The translations under genes and the position numbers were made by a program. DNA of 64,000 nt from Eukaryota sp. GEM-RC1 (Eukaryota): positions 930,001-994,000 of the forward strand of contig JAUFOQ010000013.1 of NCBI GenBank assembly GCA_040285855.1. The letters run 5' to 3'. The notes beneath the pieces were generated by a model that saw only the letters and a list, made by a program, of their open reading frames with translations, had not been told where the DNA came from and made no database searches. Position 1 is the first letter of the stretch. Each line of letters begins with the position of its first letter. This document shows, piece after piece, positions 60,632 to 64,000 of this stretch.

Positions 60632-62697
60632 TACTGGTTTGGTAAATATCTTTTAAACCTCACAGACCGTGGTGTTTCTTTTGAAATCTGCGAACTTTTG
60701 ACATTTGTCCTCAAATTCAAAGAGACCTTTTCATTGGTCATTGATTCATCTCAACGAGTACTGATCGTCATGATTATTTTCAGTGATTCTATTCAGTAGA
60801 GGAAGGAATTTCCACTACTCAAGAATTTCCGAATTGTTGATACATTTCTCAGTCATAGCTGTAATTAATCATATTGTTGATGTTGGTCATAGCGGATTTC
60901 TTTAGGTGCATAAGTCCTAATGAGTCAAATGATAGTGTTTGATATTCCGTGTCCTCATCAGTAGGACATAGGAAATGCTTAGGGCAATTTGCCATAGGCA
61001 ATTTGAATTTCACCTTTCTTTTGCAAGTAATTTGTGAACACTGTTGTGGCCAAAGACATGGTCATTCGTAGATCTCGTAACTGTATCTAGAGTCTTTATA
61101 TTAATACTAGTACCGTTGTGTGTAAAATAATCTCGCTTCAAAATTGCGAATGTTTTCTGCAACGTTAATCAATTGTCCCCTGAACCAACCCTCACTTGAA
61201 TTAATCACACTGGAAAAACCATCAGAATATATCACCAACTGCTGACCATTGGTGTAATGTTTTGATTTTTCATGGACGTATTTTCTAATCACATCACTGA
61301 AAATGGCAGAAATTCTAATCTTGCATGTGTCATTAAAACTCAGCGAAATACTTCTATTCAAGCCCACTAGGTATCGTCGTCCTCTTAGAGAAATTAATCT
61401 ACCGTAAATTCGTCGCCATACAGCATCCTTTCTTTTCATTATACAGAAAACTTTTTTGTTTAGGTGAAAAAATCCTTCCCCTCATTGACTTCCATTGAAG
61501 GCCACGGGATCTGTCTTATTGCCTGTGAAAAAGTTACCTTTTTCGATCATAATGCTTTCCACCACACGTAGTAATAACATTTGCTTAGACATATTCAGTT
61601 TGTCAAAACCAAAATCTTGAAAACTAAATAATACTTAAAACTTTGATCCATTCCCTTCTCTTCAGCAGGAATCCCAGACAGTGTAAGCTGAAATCTCGAG
61701 TTGTCGTACAAATTCAGATGTGCTGTCATCCTACAATCTTCACCGATTGCTGTCATGGACGTCCCTCAATAATAGCCATCTCCAGCTCTTCCCACATAAA
61801 CATACAGTCGTGTCCCACAAGTTGGTACAGTCAGTTTGTGCCAGGATTCATTGGAGTCATCAATGTCACAATTTTTGACTGTAGTAATGAATTTCATTGA
61901 TGCTTCCAGCTCTTCAGTGCACCAGAATTTCAGCTAATAGATCTAGATGTTTTTCGATAAATTTCCGTGTAGCAGTAATGTAGAATTTTGGATTGAAATT
62001 TTCAAGTGTAACGAAAAGTTTCTGAAAAGATAGTTCACTGAGATATTTCTGCTCAGTTTTGCATTTCTTTTTTGCAACAATTTCTTTGGGGTCTCCTTTG
62101 CTTCTTTTAAGATTTTTCTGTTCTTTCTGCAGCCTTCGTTTTGCAACAGCATCCAGCGGCAAACCTGTTAACATCAGTTCGGAAAAGTTTCGAGAAATAA
62201 AAGACGAAATTGATAATAACTTCTGACTTTTGAAGAAGTGTAGATCTTCTTTTCAAAAGTAAGTGACTGGGAACATCACTGTAAATAAAGCTAATTATGA
62301 TTGAATTACTGTCTTCAGATACATTTAGTGATTTAATGTTATTATAATGAACTGAAAGATGTTGGATAACCAAACTAAATGTACAAAATCGACAAAAGAA
62401 GCACCAAGATTGACTGAACCAACTAAAGCTTCTGTGAGAGCGGCAGTGAGACCACTCTTCTATTATGTCCCAATTGATTGTTCCGAAGATCTACACACGA
62501 TCTCATTTCAGATAAGAGTACAAGAAGTTGGATAGAAGGCGCGGAAGTGACTTGTGTTACAGATTAGATTGCAATCAGCAGTTCAAAAAAAGACGATTGA
62601 TGTCCAAAAGTATATAAATTTGGTAATTGATCAAAAAATTGAGGAATTTTGACAAAATTTGATGAGCGTTTTCTTTGTTGCCATATTTCGGTAAGGT

Positions 62698-62737
62698 CAA
62701 ATAGAATTGTAGAGTACTCCCACTGTACTACCGTCGC
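62698..62737 (-). pseudogene. 5' half of the tRNA-like gene fused ahead of the repeat ORF
   Basis: GCGACGGTAGTACAGTGGGAGTACTCTACAATTCTATTTG then 13 nt to ATG 62684. Confidence 0.75.
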
Positions 62738-64000
62738 AATACTTACAGGGATGTAAACTTTTACGAAGACATCACCAAAGTAAGGGTTCAATACAGTCTA
62801 GGTCGATTATTGCAATTGCAAAAACAATAACCAACATTGAAACAACCGAGAAGTGACCACCGTATTTTATATGAAATCTTTCTTCACTCGCCAATCAATC
62901 AAAACAATCAATTATTATTGACGAGTAGAGGGAGATACTACTGGTTTGGTAAATATCTTTTAAACCTCACAGACCGTGGTGTTTCTTTTGAAATCTGCGA
63001 ACTTTTGACATTTGTCCTCAAATTCAAAGAGACCTTTTCATTGGTCATTGATTCATCTCAACGAGTACTGATCGTCTTGATTATTTTCAGTGATTCTATT
63101 CAGTAGAGGAAGGAATTTCCACTACTCAAGAATTTCCGAATTGTTGATACATTTCTCAGTCATATCTGTAATTAATCATATTGTTGATGTTGGTCATAGC
63201 GGATTTCTTTAGGTGCATAAGTCCTAATGAGTCAAATGATAGTGTTTGATATTCCGTGTCCTCATCAGTAGGACATAGGAAATGCTTAGGGCAATTTGCC
63301 ATAGGCAATTTGAATTTCACCTTTCTTTTTGCAAGTAATTTGTGGACACTGTTGTGGCCAAAGACATGGCCATTCGTAGATCTCGAAACTGTATCTAGAG
63401 TCTTTATATTAATACTAGTACCGTTGTTTGAAAAATAATCTCGCTTCAGAATTGCGAATGTTTTCTGCAACGTCAATCAATTGTCCCCTGAACCAACCCT
63501 CACTTGGATTAATCACACTGGATAAACCATCAAAGTATATCACCAACTGCTGACCATTGGTGTCATGTTCTAATTTTTCATGGACGTATTTTCCAATCAC
63601 ATCATTGAAAATGACAGGAATTCTAATCTTGCATGTGCCATTAAAACTCAGCGAAATATTTCTATTCAAGCCCACTAGGTATCGTCGTCCTCTTTGAGAA
63701 ATTAATCTACCGTAAATTCGTCGCCATACAGCATCCTTTCTTTTCATTATACAGAAAACTTTTTGTTTAGGTGAAAAAATCCTTCCCCTCATTGACTTCC
63801 ATTGAAGGCCACGGGATCTGTCTTATTGCCTGTGAAAAAGTTACCTTTTTCTATCATAATGCTTTCCACCACACGTAGTAATAACATTTGCTTAGACATA
63901 TTCAGTTTGTCAAAACCAAAATCTTGAAAACTAAATAATACTTAAAACTTTGATCCATTCCCTTCTCTTCAGCAGGAATCCCAGACAGTGTAAGCTGAAA

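Larger units (their letters stand above)
57473..64000 (-). repeat. Tandem array of ~2.3-kb units with a broken unknown ORF; continues past window end
   Basis: Unit starts CAAATAGAATTGTAG at 57473, 59763 and 62698; paralogous ORFs such as 57931-58251/63156-63476 and 59035-59238/61914-62174. Confidence 0.95.

Overview
AT-rich eukaryotic nuclear DNA, probably from an anaerobic flagellate protist. Metamonad-like affinity is my inference from the tiny introns, tiny promoters and a bacterial-type alanine dehydrogenase. Compact gene islands (MAD1, Uba4/MOCS3-like, RPL22, NifS/SCLY-like, RELCH-like, RING-kinase-LRR, PIG-A, CWC16/YJU2B, RPS21, HAUS1, coiled-coil, LRR-like and Cys-rich secreted proteins) alternate with transposon debris. 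The debris comprises about 18 fragments of RT+RLE (CRE-like) non-LTR retrotransposons, at least 7 hAT elements with 8-bp TSDs (three nested), and a TA-TSD element. Introns are 27-33 nt with a fused branch point/3' site, and five gene pairs share 49-64 bp bidirectional promoters. The most unusual feature is a tRNA-like Pol III gene family with an enlarged anticodon arm and a conserved upstream box, whose 5' half heads each unit of a ~2.3-kb tandem array. Also notable are a hypervariable 84-bp LRR array, alignment-supported Tc1/mariner excision footprints, and a retroelement with an oligo(T) 3' end. Many CDS frameshifts sit in homopolymers and are probably long-read errors.
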